DNA of 64,000 nucleotides from Escherichia coli (GTDB lineage Bacteria; Pseudomonadota; Gammaproteobacteria; Enterobacterales; Enterobacteriaceae): NCBI RefSeq assembly GCF_024502345.1, contig NZ_JALDNN010000001.1; one strand, 5' to 3'. Shown piece by piece: positions 1 to 9,507 of this stretch (position 1 is its first letter; each line of letters starts with the position of its first letter). The notes under the pieces were generated by a model. It saw only the letters and a program-made list of their open reading frames with translations, ran no database searches and was not told where the DNA came from. The position numbers and the translations under genes were made by a program.

Positions 1-305
1 TTACTTACTAACTCGTCTGGTTGAAAAGTGAATTGATCGACATATTTTTCATTAAAGCACATGACGTTTTGCAGGCCATCGACACCAGTTACCCTAGGCT
101 GTACTGCATCGGGATTAGAACCACGGTATCTAAACGGAAGCAGGTCGCTGAGACCCTGTTCATCCCCGTTTACCGTACACTGAATCGCGCGGGAAATGGT
201 GCTTTTTCCGGTGCCGTTAGGCGCAAATTTAATATTTAGTTTTTTTTCTGCCAGAGTTATATTTGCTTTATCGATGTTATTACAGCAATTAATTTCAATT
301 TCCAT
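1..305 (-). CDS. P-loop NTPase (AAA-type ATPase), N-terminal ~100 codons; gene runs off the left edge
   Basis: Minus-strand ORF not in track (no stop in window). ATG at 305..303 preceded by AAGGA; translation MEIEINCCNNIDKANITLAEKKLNIKFAPNGTGKSTISRAIQ... has Walker A GTGKST. Confidence 0.55.
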   Translation of the reverse strand, partial: MEIEINCCNNIDKANITLAEKKLNIKFAPNGTGKSTISRAIQCTVNGDEQGLSDLLPFRYRGSNPDAVQPRVTGVDGLQNVMCFNEKYVDQFTFQPDELVS

Positions 306-588
306 ACCTAATCCTTTACGGCAAAGACACTGAGCAGGCCCCGTATATTGCAGGCCCGATTAATTATTTAAGCTGAAGCCAGAACATATAAGCACCGTTT
401 CATTTTTGAGTAAAGCACTCCGGGATTCGCCCTTGGTACCGCAGCGCCGGAGCAGTTGTTTTATAGAGCGTATGTACGGCGCTTGTGATGTATGTCCGCT
501 TCGTGCCAAGAGCGGACATTTGCACCCTCAGTACCCGCACCAGACTAAGCCGGCTCAGCAATGTCGGCGTTGCTGATACTGACAGACG

Positions 589-1424
589 TTATGCCGTTTT
601 AAAGCGACGTTTCCGGTGTATCACCATGAGAGCGACAATTACCGCCACCGCAATTGTCGCGGTCCCCCGGAAGACGACTGATGAATCTCCTAGGATGATT
701 TCCATGAATGATGATAAAAACTGGCCGGAGAATATAGCCATAGAAAGCCAGGCAAGGTTACGTCCCCGGACGCGAGCGTGACTCTGCTCGACTGTCATAT
801 GATTCACAAGCGGCACCGACAGACCAAACCCACAACTCATTAAAACCCCGCCAGCGATGTAGAACACTACATTATCAGCGAATGAAAATATGAAATGTCC
901 GGCAGCGTAGCAGCTAAACGCCGTGTACAGATTTCCGTACTCACGTAAACGCGCTATGAGGCGCGGCATCATCGCAGCAGCCCCGACGGCGACCAGTGAG
1001 ATAAACGACAGAAAGTATCCGGTTTCTGCTGCCCCAATAGCCATGCAGCTAAACACCTGCGGAATGATGATAATGCTGGTGAAGAAGCAAATCATGGACA
1101 GCAGGGCTGCAAAAAGCACAGGCGCTAATCGAGTCGCACTCACCGATTCGCTTTCTCCGGCGTTTTCATTCATGTTTTCTGTCCCAGAGGACAATTGTTA
1201 CGGCACAAACGCCAGCTGCATAACCAGAAGAACCTAGGCAAAAAGATGAAGCAAAAACGGCCACTGCCAGCCAAGGGTTGCAAGTAATCCGCCTATAAAC
1301 AGAAAAATGACACCGCCCAGCTCAATCAACATTCCCTGCGAAGGTATCATTTTCAGGCAAGCCTGACCGCTATGAAACGAGGAAATCAATCCGGTTCCTG
1401 CTGACATGACGATGGCGGTATCTG
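589..1424 (-). pseudogene. MFS-type transporter remnant: 201-codon C-terminal ORF (589..1194, about 6 TM helices) plus an upstream out-of-frame TM segment; 5' end cut by the IS3-family element
   Basis: Track ORF 589..1194 is hydrophobic with MFS-like C-terminal half. Region 1238..1437 translates in another frame to a further TM segment ending at a TAG inside CCTAGG (1235..1240). Confidence 0.4.
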
Positions 1425-1442
1425 TGAATCGCCACGGATAAT

Positions 1443-1909
1443 CTAGACACTTCCGAGCCGTTGATAATACTGGTTTTCATATTCTGTCGGTGACATCTGA
1501 TCGCTAGAACCATGCCGACGCCTACTGTTATAAAACATTTCGATGTAATCAAAAATATCGCTGCGGGCTTCTTCCCGCGTTCCGTAGATCTTTTTCTTTA
1601 TCCGCTCGCGTTTCAGTAACTGGAAAAAGCTTTCTGCAACCGCGTTATCGTGGCAGTTACCACGACGGCTCATGCTGCCCTCCAGTCCGTGTGATTTCAG
1701 GAACGACTGCCACTCATGGCTTGTGTACTGACTGCCCTGATCCGAGTGAACCAGCACCTGTTTTTGGGGGTTACGCCGCCATACAGCCATCAGCAGTGCG
1801 TTCAGGACAATGTCCTTTGTCATCCGGGATTGCATTGACCAGCCGATAATTTTACGTGAGAACAGATCAACAACCACGGCAAGATACAGCCAGCCTTCGT
1901 GAGTCCTGA
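1443..1909 (-). CDS. IS3-family transposase OrfB, exon 2 (C-terminal integrase half)
   Basis: Track ORF 1443..1877 (…LAVVVDLFSRKIIGWSM…HSDQGSQYTS…CHDNAVAESFF…) has DDE-type IS3 transposase motifs; extended to 1909 at the mapped intron 3' splice site. Confidence 0.8.
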
Positions 1910-4179
1910 GTAGAGTAAGAGGCAGGGCGTAGTCGGACTATTTCCCTGCCTCTCCTCCCCGAACCGGACGTGCACCTTTCAGCGCATCCGGCTCTCCATT
2001 TAAATGCTGGCGAACGCCATTGCCACTTCTGTAAAGCGCGATGTATACGTGTTTCTGGTCTCCGTCCTCAGATAGGGATTACCTTCGGGTAGCCGCCAGC
2101 GGAACAGCTTCTTGCCTTGCCCCACCAACCGGTACAGTATTTCGCCGCTGAGCTTGCCGTGATTGGTTTTACCAAATAAAACCCACGTTTTGCTCTGACC
2201 CGGTTTCGGTGATTTACACCACCACCTCATCAGGGAAGCGATACCTGTACGGTATTTGCGGGCCAGCCAGTGAGCCAGCTTCCAGAACACGACACGGTCG
2301 ATATAACTGAAGACTTTGGCCTTAAAATCAACGAACTGATAGAACATAGCCCAGCCTTTCAGTTTTCGGTTGAGTTGTTCAGCCATATCGACTTTGCTTT
2401 CACTGTAGTTGCCTGATAACAGTGCTGTCAGCGATGCGGCGAAGTTTCTGGCTTTCTCCTGCGGGATCGTTGAGACCACTCGCATCTCGCCATAACGACT
2501 GCGTTTGCGAATGATCCTGTGCCCCAGAAAGATAAAGCCGTCATTAACATGGGTGATTTTAGTCTTATCCATGTTCAGCCTGAGTTTCAGACTGCCTTCG
2601 AGCACACCCCGACACTCCTCCCTGATGGCTTCCGCCTGTGCTTTGGTGCCTTTGACGATGAGGACAAAATCATCGGCATAGCGGCAGTACGCCACCGCGG
2701 GTTTCCACTGCCAGTTTTCTCTGACCGCCGTACTTCGGCCCCGTTGGATACTGTTATTCCAGTACCACCGATCTTTTCTGGCTTTCCCGCTCAGGTAGCG
2801 CTCATGCAGGTATTGATCGAACTCATTCAGCATGATGTTCGATAATAGCGGCGATATAACACCGCCCTGTGGCACACCTTCACTGGCCGCCCGAAAGAGA
2901 CCGACATCGATATGTCCCGCCTTGATGGTTTTCCACAGCAGAGTCATGAAACGTGCGTCACTGATCCTGCGGCGTACAGCCTTCATCAGCAGTCGATGAT
3001 GTACGGTGTCGAAGTAACTGGACAGGTCGCCTTCAATCACCCAGCGTCCCCGGGTTTCACCACAGTCTGTGAGCTGTAATTTCACCGTGCGGATCGCGTG
3101 GTGGACACTGCGCTCAGGCCGGAAGCCATATGAGAGCGTATGAAAATCACTCTCCCATATCGGCTCCATCGCCATCAGCATGGCCCGCTGAACAATACGA
3201 TCCCGCAACGCGGGGATACCCAGTGGTCGCAGTTTGCCGTTGCTTTTAGGGATGTAAACCCGTCTGGCGGGCAAGGGCTGGTAGTGGCCTGAGAGTAATT
3301 CATCCCTGAGGATTTGCAGCTCAACAGCCAGTCTGGCCTGTAGCATTGTTTTGTTCACGCCATCAACGCCGGGGGTATGGGCCCCCTTTGATGAAAGCGT
3401 GATCCGCGCCGCTTCAGCCAGCCATTCTGGTTGTGTTATCAGACGCAGCAGCCGTTGAATCCGTAGGGACGGATCGGTGGCTGCCCATGTGGCAAGCTTG
3501 CGTTGCATTTCGCTGATTATCAAAGGTCTTCACCTCGTTAGGTCAGTTAATTCACGTCGCAAACACATTCAAACTGCTTCCCTTCGCCATGTAATGGGCT
3601 TTCCCCATCGCGGACTACTACGGAAGCTCCGCCAGCCAGCGCGTCATCGGAGCCATGCCCCCTTAACATCCGTCGCTGACCTTCCCCGGTTTACCTGCCT
3701 GGACTCAGGCATACTGAGGAGGCTGCCCGTCGCACTCTTTATCCTTGCTTGCCGCAAGTTGGCAGAAGTCAGCAACGCAAGCGTGATAGACGCTGCTGCC
3801 CCGGTGTTTCGCATACATGTCAAAACACCTTCGACCGGCAGTGCTTACGTATCACTGCCAGTTCCTCCTGCACGGCCTGTCAGATCACGTAGGCCGTGGT
3901 GACGTTTTCAACCCACAGAGGCGGATTAACGGGTTCATGTTCTTCAGCCTTTCAGTACTTAACCTTGAGGATCATCTCGGCTTAGTGATCTCGCCTCAAT
4001 CCCCGTTGTCAGCGGGTTACATCACCCTGCGGGCATGCCGCAGGTCACTGCCGCTCAGGTTCTCCACCGTCACACCCGGTGGGATTGTTGGGTTTCTCAT
4101 CGTGAGTTACCGGTTCAATATTCCAGACAGACTCGCGGTTCATTTAAGCATCCATGCCCGCCCTGAACTCCGGGCACAC
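1910..4179 (-). mobile_element. Group II intron (about 2.27 kb) inserted in the IS3-family orfB
   Basis: 5' end GTGTG (revcomp of 4175..4179); domain V-like GAGCCGGATGCGCTGAAAGGTGCACGTCCGGTTC just 3' of the maturase ORF; 3' end ...AC at 1911..1910. Joining the flanks restores orfB as DITYIRTHEGWLYLAVVVDL. Confidence 0.85.
2000..3523 (-). CDS. Group II intron-encoded reverse transcriptase/maturase
   Basis: 507-aa ORF with RT motifs (…LRPLGIPALRDRIVQ…, YADDFVLIV) and a C-terminal maturase/X domain; lies in intron domain IV. Confidence 0.9.
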   Translation of the reverse strand: MIISEMQRKLATWAATDPSLRIQRLLRLITQPEWLAEAARITLSSKGAHTPGVDGVNKTMLQARLAVELQILRDELLSGHYQPLPARRVYIPKSNGKLRPLGIPALRDRIVQRAMLMAMEPIWESDFHTLSYGFRPERSVHHAIRTVKLQLTDCGETRGRWVIEGDLSSYFDTVHHRLLMKAVRRRISDARFMTLLWKTIKAGHIDVGLFRAASEGVPQGGVISPLLSNIMLNEFDQYLHERYLSGKARKDRWYWNNSIQRGRSTAVRENWQWKPAVAYCRYADDFVLIVKGTKAQAEAIREECRGVLEGSLKLRLNMDKTKITHVNDGFIFLGHRIIRKRSRYGEMRVVSTIPQEKARNFAASLTALLSGNYSESKVDMAEQLNRKLKGWAMFYQFVDFKAKVFSYIDRVVFWKLAHWLARKYRTGIASLMRWWCKSPKPGQSKTWVLFGKTNHGKLSGEILYRLVGQGKKLFRWRLPEGNPYLRTETRNTYTSRFTEVAMAFASI

Positions 4180-4609
4180 TGTAGGTTATGTCCGTTACCC
4201 AACGCTCATCCGGAGCATCCGGATTGAACTGTCGCTGGAGCCTGTTGGGCGACACAATACTGGCCTCGCCTTTACGTGCCCGCGGGCTCCGGTATCCGAC
4301 CTGAGCCTTTATCCCGACACGTTTCATCAGTCGCCAGACTCTGTTGACTCCGCACTGTTGCCCGCTATCCCGCAGATCCAGATGGATCTTGCGATAACCA
4401 TAGACACATCCCGATTCCAGCCAGAACTGTTTAATCTGTCCTGTCAGTCTCAGGTCTACCTGATGGCGTTGTGAATGCGGCTGCTGAAGCCAGGAGTAAA
4501 AGCCACTGGGATGAACATCCAGCACCCTACAAAGCAGGCGAACAGGCCAGAAACAGGTGTTGTCGCGGATAAAGGCGTACCTCAGTCGGACAGTTTTGCG
4601 AAGTACGCC
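4180..4609 (-). CDS. IS3-family transposase OrfB, exon 1 (N-terminal part); overlaps the 3' end of orfA
   Basis: Track ORF 4115..4525 (…GFYSWLQQPHSQRHQ…YGYRKIHLDLRDSGQQCGVNRVWRLMKRVGIKAQ…ERWVTDITY) is the IS3-family OrfB N-terminus; interrupted by the intron at 4180 and by IS30 upstream. Confidence 0.75.
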
Positions 4610-4611
4610 GC

Positions 4612-5832
4612 TGTAGATTCAATTGGTCAACGCAACAGTTATGTGAAAACATGGGGTTGCGGAGGTTTTTTGAATGAGACGAACATTTACAGCAGAGGAA
4701 AAAGCCTCTGTTTTTGAACTATGGAAGAACGGAACAGGCTTCAGTGAAATAGCGAATATCCTGGGTTCAAAACCCGGAACGATCTTCACTATGTTAAGGG
4801 ATACTGGCGGCATAAAACCCCATGAGCGTAAGCGGGCTGTAGCTCACCTGACACTGTCTGAGCGCGAGGAGATACGAGCTGGTTTGTCAGCCAAAATGAG
4901 CATTCGTGCGATAGCTACTGCGCTGAATCGCAGTCCTTCGACGATCTCACGTGAAGTTCAGCGTAATCGGGGCAGACGCTATTACAAAGCTGTTGATGCT
5001 AATAACCGAGCCAACAGAATGGCGAAAAGGCCAAAACCGTGCTTACTGGATCAAAATTTACCATTGCGAAAGCTTGTTCTGGAAAAGCTGGAGATGAAAT
5101 GGTCTCCAGAGCAAATATCAGGATGGTTAAGGCGAACAAAACCACGTCAAAAAACGCTGCGAATATCACCTGAGACAATTTATAAAACGCTGTACTTTCG
5201 TAGCCGTGAAGCGCTACACCACCTGAATATACAGCATCTGCGACGGTCGCATAGCCTTCGCCATGGCAGGCGTCATACCCGCAAAGGCGAAAGAGGTACG
5301 ATTAACATAGTGAACGGAACACCAATTCACGAACGTTCCCGAAATATCGATAACAGACGCTCTCTGGGGCATTGGGAGGGCGATTTAGTCTCAGGTACAA
5401 AAAACTCTCATATAGCCACACTTGTAGACCGAAAATCACGTTATACGATCATCCTTAGACTCAGGGGCAAAGATTCTGTCTCAGTAAATCAGGCTCTTAC
5501 CGACAAATTCCTGAGTTTACCGTCAGAACTCAGAAAATCACTGACATGGGACAGAGGAATGGAACTGGCCAGACATCTAGAATTTACTGTCAGCACCGGC
5601 GTTAAAGTTTACTTCTGCGATCCTCAGAGTCCTTGGCAGCGGGGAACAAATGAGAACACAAATGGGCTAATTCGGCAGTACTTTCCTAAAAAGACATGTC
5701 TTGCCCAATATACTCAACATGAACTAGATCTGGTTGCTGCTCAGCTAAACAACAGACCGAGAAAGACACTGAAGTTCAAAACACCGAAAGAGATAATTGA
5801 AAGGGGTGTTGCATTGACAGATTGAATCTACA
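4612..5832 (+). mobile_element. IS30 (1221 bp) inserted in the IS3-family element
   Basis: Left end TGTAGATTCAATTGGTCAACGCAACAG at 4612, right end …ATTGAATCTACA at 5832; flanked by GC (4610..4611) and GC (5833..5834), a 2-bp target duplication. Confidence 0.95.
4674..5825 (+). CDS. IS30 transposase
   Basis: 383-aa ORF MRRTFTAEEKASVFELWKNGTGFSEIANILGS… matches my memory of the E. coli IS30 transposase (HTH N-terminus, DDE core). Confidence 0.95.
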   Translation: MRRTFTAEEKASVFELWKNGTGFSEIANILGSKPGTIFTMLRDTGGIKPHERKRAVAHLTLSEREEIRAGLSAKMSIRAIATALNRSPSTISREVQRNRGRRYYKAVDANNRANRMAKRPKPCLLDQNLPLRKLVLEKLEMKWSPEQISGWLRRTKPRQKTLRISPETIYKTLYFRSREALHHLNIQHLRRSHSLRHGRRHTRKGERGTINIVNGTPIHERSRNIDNRRSLGHWEGDLVSGTKNSHIATLVDRKSRYTIILRLRGKDSVSVNQALTDKFLSLPSELRKSLTWDRGMELARHLEFTVSTGVKVYFCDPQSPWQRGTNENTNGLIRQYFPKKTCLAQYTQHELDLVAAQLNNRPRKTLKFKTPKEIIERGVALTD

Positions 5833-6089
5833 GCGGCTTTTTTTAATATGTCCCGTTCGTCGGTAACCCGCTTCAGCTCTTTCTGAAGGCGGCGGATCTC
5901 GGTCTGAGCATCTGACTGTTCTTTATTAGTGGAAGAATCCGGGCCGTACTTCTTTATCCAGGCGTAAAGGCTGTGGGTGGTGATATCGAGACGTGTTGCA
6001 ACGCTGGCAACAGAATAACCGCGATCAACAACCTGTTTGACTGCTTCAATTTTAAACTCTTCGGGATAACGCTTACCGCTCATGGGCAC
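5833..6089 (-). CDS. IS3-family OrfA (HTH), split by IS30; last 9 codons resume at 4609..4582
   Basis: MSGKRYPEEFKIEAVKQVVDRGYSVASVATRLDITTHSLYAWIKKYG… Removing IS30 and one GC copy gives …ILKKAAAYFAKLSD*, a typical IS3 OrfA end. Confidence 0.8.
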
Positions 6090-6317
6090 CTCTCTTTAAG
6101 CCATCTTAAATGACTCTGAGGTGTCTGTTAAACCCGTGGCGATTCAAGAAGGTTGAATATGATTCCCGACTCATTAATGGAACGCTGCATGATGTTATGC
6201 ATTACGGGTTGACATTACGATGTGACGGGCCGGGTTAGCTGTATGGAGCCTGTACACAAGTTTGTGTAATTGCCTGATTTTGATATGTTCAATTCAACAT
6301 CAAAAGCAGGTTACTTT

Positions 6318-6725
6318 ATGGACGAAAAACAGTTGTAGGCTCTGGCTAACGAACTGACCAAAAATCTCAAAACCCCTGACGATCTCAACCAGTTCGATCG
6401 CCTGCTGAAAAAAATCAACGTTGAGCGCCGCCTCAACGCCGAAATGCTCCATCACCTCGGCTACGGTAAACATCAGTCTAAACCGGGTGCCAACTCCCGC
6501 AACGGCTATTTCACAAAAACCGTTACCACCGGCGATGGCCCGCTGGAACTGCGTACGCCGTGCGATCGTGACGGCTCCTTCGAGCCCCAACTGGTGAAGA
6601 AAAACCAGACCCGGATCACCGGGATGGATAACCAAATCCTGTCACTGTACGCCAAAGGGATGACCACCCGTGAGATAGTGGCTGCGTTCAAAGAGTTGTA
6701 TGACGCGGATGTCTCACCGACGCTG
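6318..6725 (+). pseudogene. IS256-family (mutator-type) transposase, N-terminal remnant with in-frame stop
   Basis: MDEKQL*ALANELTKNLKT…LHHLGYGKHQ…FEPQLVKKNQTRITGMDNQILSLYAKGMTTREI… ; TAG stop at about 6333, similarity ends near 6725. Confidence 0.7.
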
Positions 6726-6879
6726 GTAGTCCTTCATGCTCCGGAAGGTCAGACTGATGTTGTCTTCACTGCCATCATCAGCAAGCGTGTTTTTAACGGT
6801 AAGATTGACTTTTGGGGAATATTCAGAAATGACAGAATCACAATTATTTTTATTCAAATCAACTTTTTTGCGCTCAGAC

Positions 6880-7030
6880 AAGGGGCAGACTCCTGACCAT
6901 TACTGAAGTCGCCCGCCACGAGCAATTTCAGGGGGAGCTCCGTTTTCTTGCTCGCACCACCGGTATGCAAATCAAGTTTTAAATTAATACGCGCTTTAGG
7001 GATTTCGGACTGAAAGGAAGAATTAGACAT
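6880..7030 (-). pseudogene. T6SS sheath small subunit (TssB/VipA-like) 5' fragment, about 48 codons
   Basis: Minus-strand translation MSNSSFQSEIPKARINLKLDLHTGGASKKTELPLKLLVAGDFSNGQ matches the conserved TssB N-terminal signature (RINI…ELPL…GDF); similarity is lost about 6890. Not in ORF track (short). Confidence 0.5.
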
Positions 7031-7766
7031 GGCTGTCCCTGTTCTATGGAGTGATAGAAACGGTCAATGCCAGTGAAAAATAAATAAGAAAAAATTACCC
7101 AGCCAGAACAACTTTCCGGTTCGCGTCATCCGACGTAAATAAAAATCCCGGAACCAAAAAAAGCGGGCGCATTCCATCCACCAGCATGTCGACACTGTAT
7201 TTTCTGGGTATTTGTCTGAAATGAAAAATTTCGGATAAGGCCCAATGGCTGGAGTTTGGGAACGTTCCCTGCCAGATCGAAAATGAAAAAATGTAACAAA
7301 GATTTACATTCCTGGCTTTTAACAAAAAAAATATCATCTTTCTGATTTATAAAAATTTTACACCATAACCCTTCAGGCCCCGCGGGATAAGGATGTACAG
7401 AAAATGATCAATTTGGCTTAGGGTGTATATTTGTACAAAATATCACCAGTCACGTGAAATATCTGATTTTGTACTTTTATCAGAAATTGAGAAGCTGGAC
7501 GTGACTGAGCATGTGAAAAACTGGCGACAGTTTCAGGTTTCCATCATTTCTTATTATTCACGTAAACCGGGCTTATTTATTTTTTTTCAGATTAAAGGAA
7601 TTGCAACGCCCGGACTTTACGCATATCTCATACCTGTACCAGCGATATGAATATCTCAGCCGCCGGTGCATTAGCGCGACCAGGAACAACACCCGTTCGG
7701 TTTACAGAAAGACAGACGTGGACAGTGATGAGCTTTGCTGCGGGTTGAGAACGGTTGTTTTACTGC

Positions 7767-8372
7767 TCAAGGTTGTAACACGATCCGATTCGACTCCAGC
7801 ATGACAGCCGACAGTGTATGAGCCGCAAAAACAGCCATACAGGCTGACAAGTCGCCATTCACAAGAAACTCAACCGGCGCAACGAGTTTCCCTCCATCCG
7901 AAAATCCGCAGGTCAGTGCCGACTTCCTTACCAGCAGTGCATTCGCATCGCTGTATTCCAGGGCCAGAAGCGTTTCATTGTCCCAGTCCCTGTCACTCAC
8001 CGCTGCATTGACCCAGCCCCGCGATTTAAGCTGTTCAATTGCGTACGTCAGCCGATACAAATCCGACTGCGCTGACACCGGTCCGGTGCACGAAGACCAC
8101 AGATATTCCAGACGACTGAATAAGCTGGCGGCAAGGCCTTTGTTACGCCCCAGCGTCAGCAATCCCTCAATATCAGATGCGATTGCACGTGGAAACCGTT
8201 TTTGCTTATACGCCACCGTTAACCAGCGCAGTATAAATGCATGCGTGCTGAGTGGCGACAATGCCTGACCATCCTGCTGAGCGGTACGTAAGGCGACAAG
8301 GGCGCACCAGGCGAAATGCGCAAGTGCTGTGACGGTTTGTTCCGGGGGTAAGGTATCGTGAGCTTTTTTCAT
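7767..8372 (-). CDS. hypothetical protein (201 aa)
   Basis: Complete ORF in track; no recognisable motifs. Confidence 0.45.
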   Translation of the reverse strand: MKKAHDTLPPEQTVTALAHFAWCALVALRTAQQDGQALSPLSTHAFILRWLTVAYKQKRFPRAIASDIEGLLTLGRNKGLAASLFSRLEYLWSSCTGPVSAQSDLYRLTYAIEQLKSRGWVNAAVSDRDWDNETLLALEYSDANALLVRKSALTCGFSDGGKLVAPVEFLVNGDLSACMAVFAAHTLSAVMLESNRIVLQP

Positions 8373-8448
8373 TCAGGGATTATATCGGCGCTGCAGACAC
8401 CGGGGAAGACCTGGATAACTCCCCCATTAATTAGAGAAGCTATTACTT

Positions 8449-9015
8449 TCACGGACAAATCATCCCCGTTCTGGCCGTTGCTATTGGCTCTGACATGGCC
8501 TTAACATGCACGGTAAGCTGGTTAAAGGGTGTTGCGAAGACTCCCTGAGCGACGCGGTTAATAATGATCTGCGTCATACTCGTTACACCGTCAGTGCAGG
8601 CGGTACCGGTCACCTTTTGCCATGCGTCGGCGATGATGGCGTTAAGCCCCGGAGGCGCACTGTCGGTCAGTTGCAGGTTTCGCCCTGTACCCAGCGTATC
8701 GAGATTGAGCAGCAGCACCATTTTGCACTCCGGTGCGCTGGCCGTCTCCCATATCCAGCGTAACAGCGTCGGGAGTGAACGATGTCGTGCCTGCTGACGC
8801 TGGCGCGAATATTCGCCGGTGCGCTGCCAGACTTCAGAGTGAAAACGCAGAATCAATGACCGGTATTCGCTCATGGCTTCACGATACGGTAGCGCCAGCG
8901 TAAAGCTGAATGCCGCCAGTCGCGGGTAATGGTCAACGGCCTGTTGCAGAAATGCACGCGTGCTGACGGCATCCGCGCTGACAGCATCAGACGCCCGTAT
9001 GTAAGAATGATTCAT
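8449..9015 (-). CDS. YagK/YfjJ-family (inovirus Gp2-like) protein
   Basis: Shares …HYPRLAAFSFTL…/…LLLNLDT… blocks with five other paralogs in this window. Confidence 0.65.
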   Translation of the reverse strand: MNHSYIRASDAVSADAVSTRAFLQQAVDHYPRLAAFSFTLALPYREAMSEYRSLILRFHSEVWQRTGEYSRQRQQARHRSLPTLLRWIWETASAPECKMVLLLNLDTLGTGRNLQLTDSAPPGLNAIIADAWQKVTGTACTDGVTSMTQIIINRVAQGVFATPFNQLTVHVKAMSEPIATARTGMICP

Positions 9016-9090
9016 AATGCAGACTCTCTTTAGGTTAAATCAGGGAGGACACCGCCTCTACGGCGGTATCTGGTTCATAAAGACGGGGAA

Positions 9091-9507
9091 CTATCTGGTA
9101 CTGCAGCAGTAGTTTCTCTGCCAGTGCGCTTCTTCGATGCTGTAGATACCAGTCAGACACCGGGGACAGTGCTTCACGCCCTGGTAATGGTCGCCGCACC
9201 ACACGCAGTACCAGGAGAGCACCATTACCGTCGCTTCCAGCCCGTTGATGAGACTGCGCAGCTTTCGGTGCCGGGCTTCGGTTTTCACTTCCGGGTCAAG
9301 GTGGGCGCAGGCCATCAGCACATGCCGGGCCACGCTCTGCTGGTCATGTTCAAACCACGGCGGCTCCCCGTATGTCCCCGCATGGAGCACCAGTCGACAG
9401 CCGCAGGACGCGCAGCTCCATATCTGCCCCGGCGCACTCACGGCCTCCCCGGCTGTCGCGAAGTGGCCTTCGCGGTCATTGGCCAGATAACATTTCAGCA
9501 TGCGCAT
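9091..9507 (-). CDS. cysteine-rich protein, paralog of 9495..9944 (putative zinc-binding)
   Basis: Shared motifs PWFEH and C-x2-C…C-x2-C (WYCVWCGDHYQGVKHCPRC) with the neighbour. Confidence 0.5.
   Translation of the reverse strand: MRMLKCYLANDREGHFATAGEAVSAPGQIWSCASCGCRLVLHAGTYGEPPWFEHDQQSVARHVLMACAHLDPEVKTEARHRKLRSLINGLEATVMVLSWYCVWCGDHYQGVKHCPRCLTGIYSIEEAHWQRNYCCSTR

Larger units (their letters stand above)
1425..6146 (-). mobile_element. IS3-family insertion sequence (about 1.23 kb native) carrying a nested group II intron and a nested IS30
   Basis: Imperfect terminal inverted repeats TGAATCGCCACGG at 1425..1437 and reverse-complemented at 6134..6146. OrfA/OrfB architecture with frameshift overlap. 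Flanking 3 bp (CTG / AGA) differ, so no target duplication. Confidence 0.8.

Noticed and set aside
495-522. Inverted repeat ATGTCCGCT…AGCGGACAT downstream of the MFS remnant
   Set aside because: No T-run on either strand, so not a convincing intrinsic terminator; significance unknown.
93-1240. Three CCTAGG (AvrII) sites within 1.2 kb (93..98, 683..688, 1235..1240)
   Set aside because: Unusual for E. coli-like DNA where CTAG is rare, but two lie in-frame in coding sequence without stops, and I did not scan the whole window for comparison; probably compositional, reflecting foreign origin.
2519-4474. Plus-strand ORFs inside the group II intron and IS3-family element (2519..2845, 3477..3902, 3817..4227, 4154..4474)
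   Set aside because: They are antisense to the intron RT and orfB, have no motifs, and are typical of spurious ORFs opposite GC-rich coding DNA.
6444-6896. 150-aa ORF in the track
   Set aside because: It is the IS256-family pseudogene frame reading on through unrelated sequence and antisense to the tssB fragment; not a separate gene.
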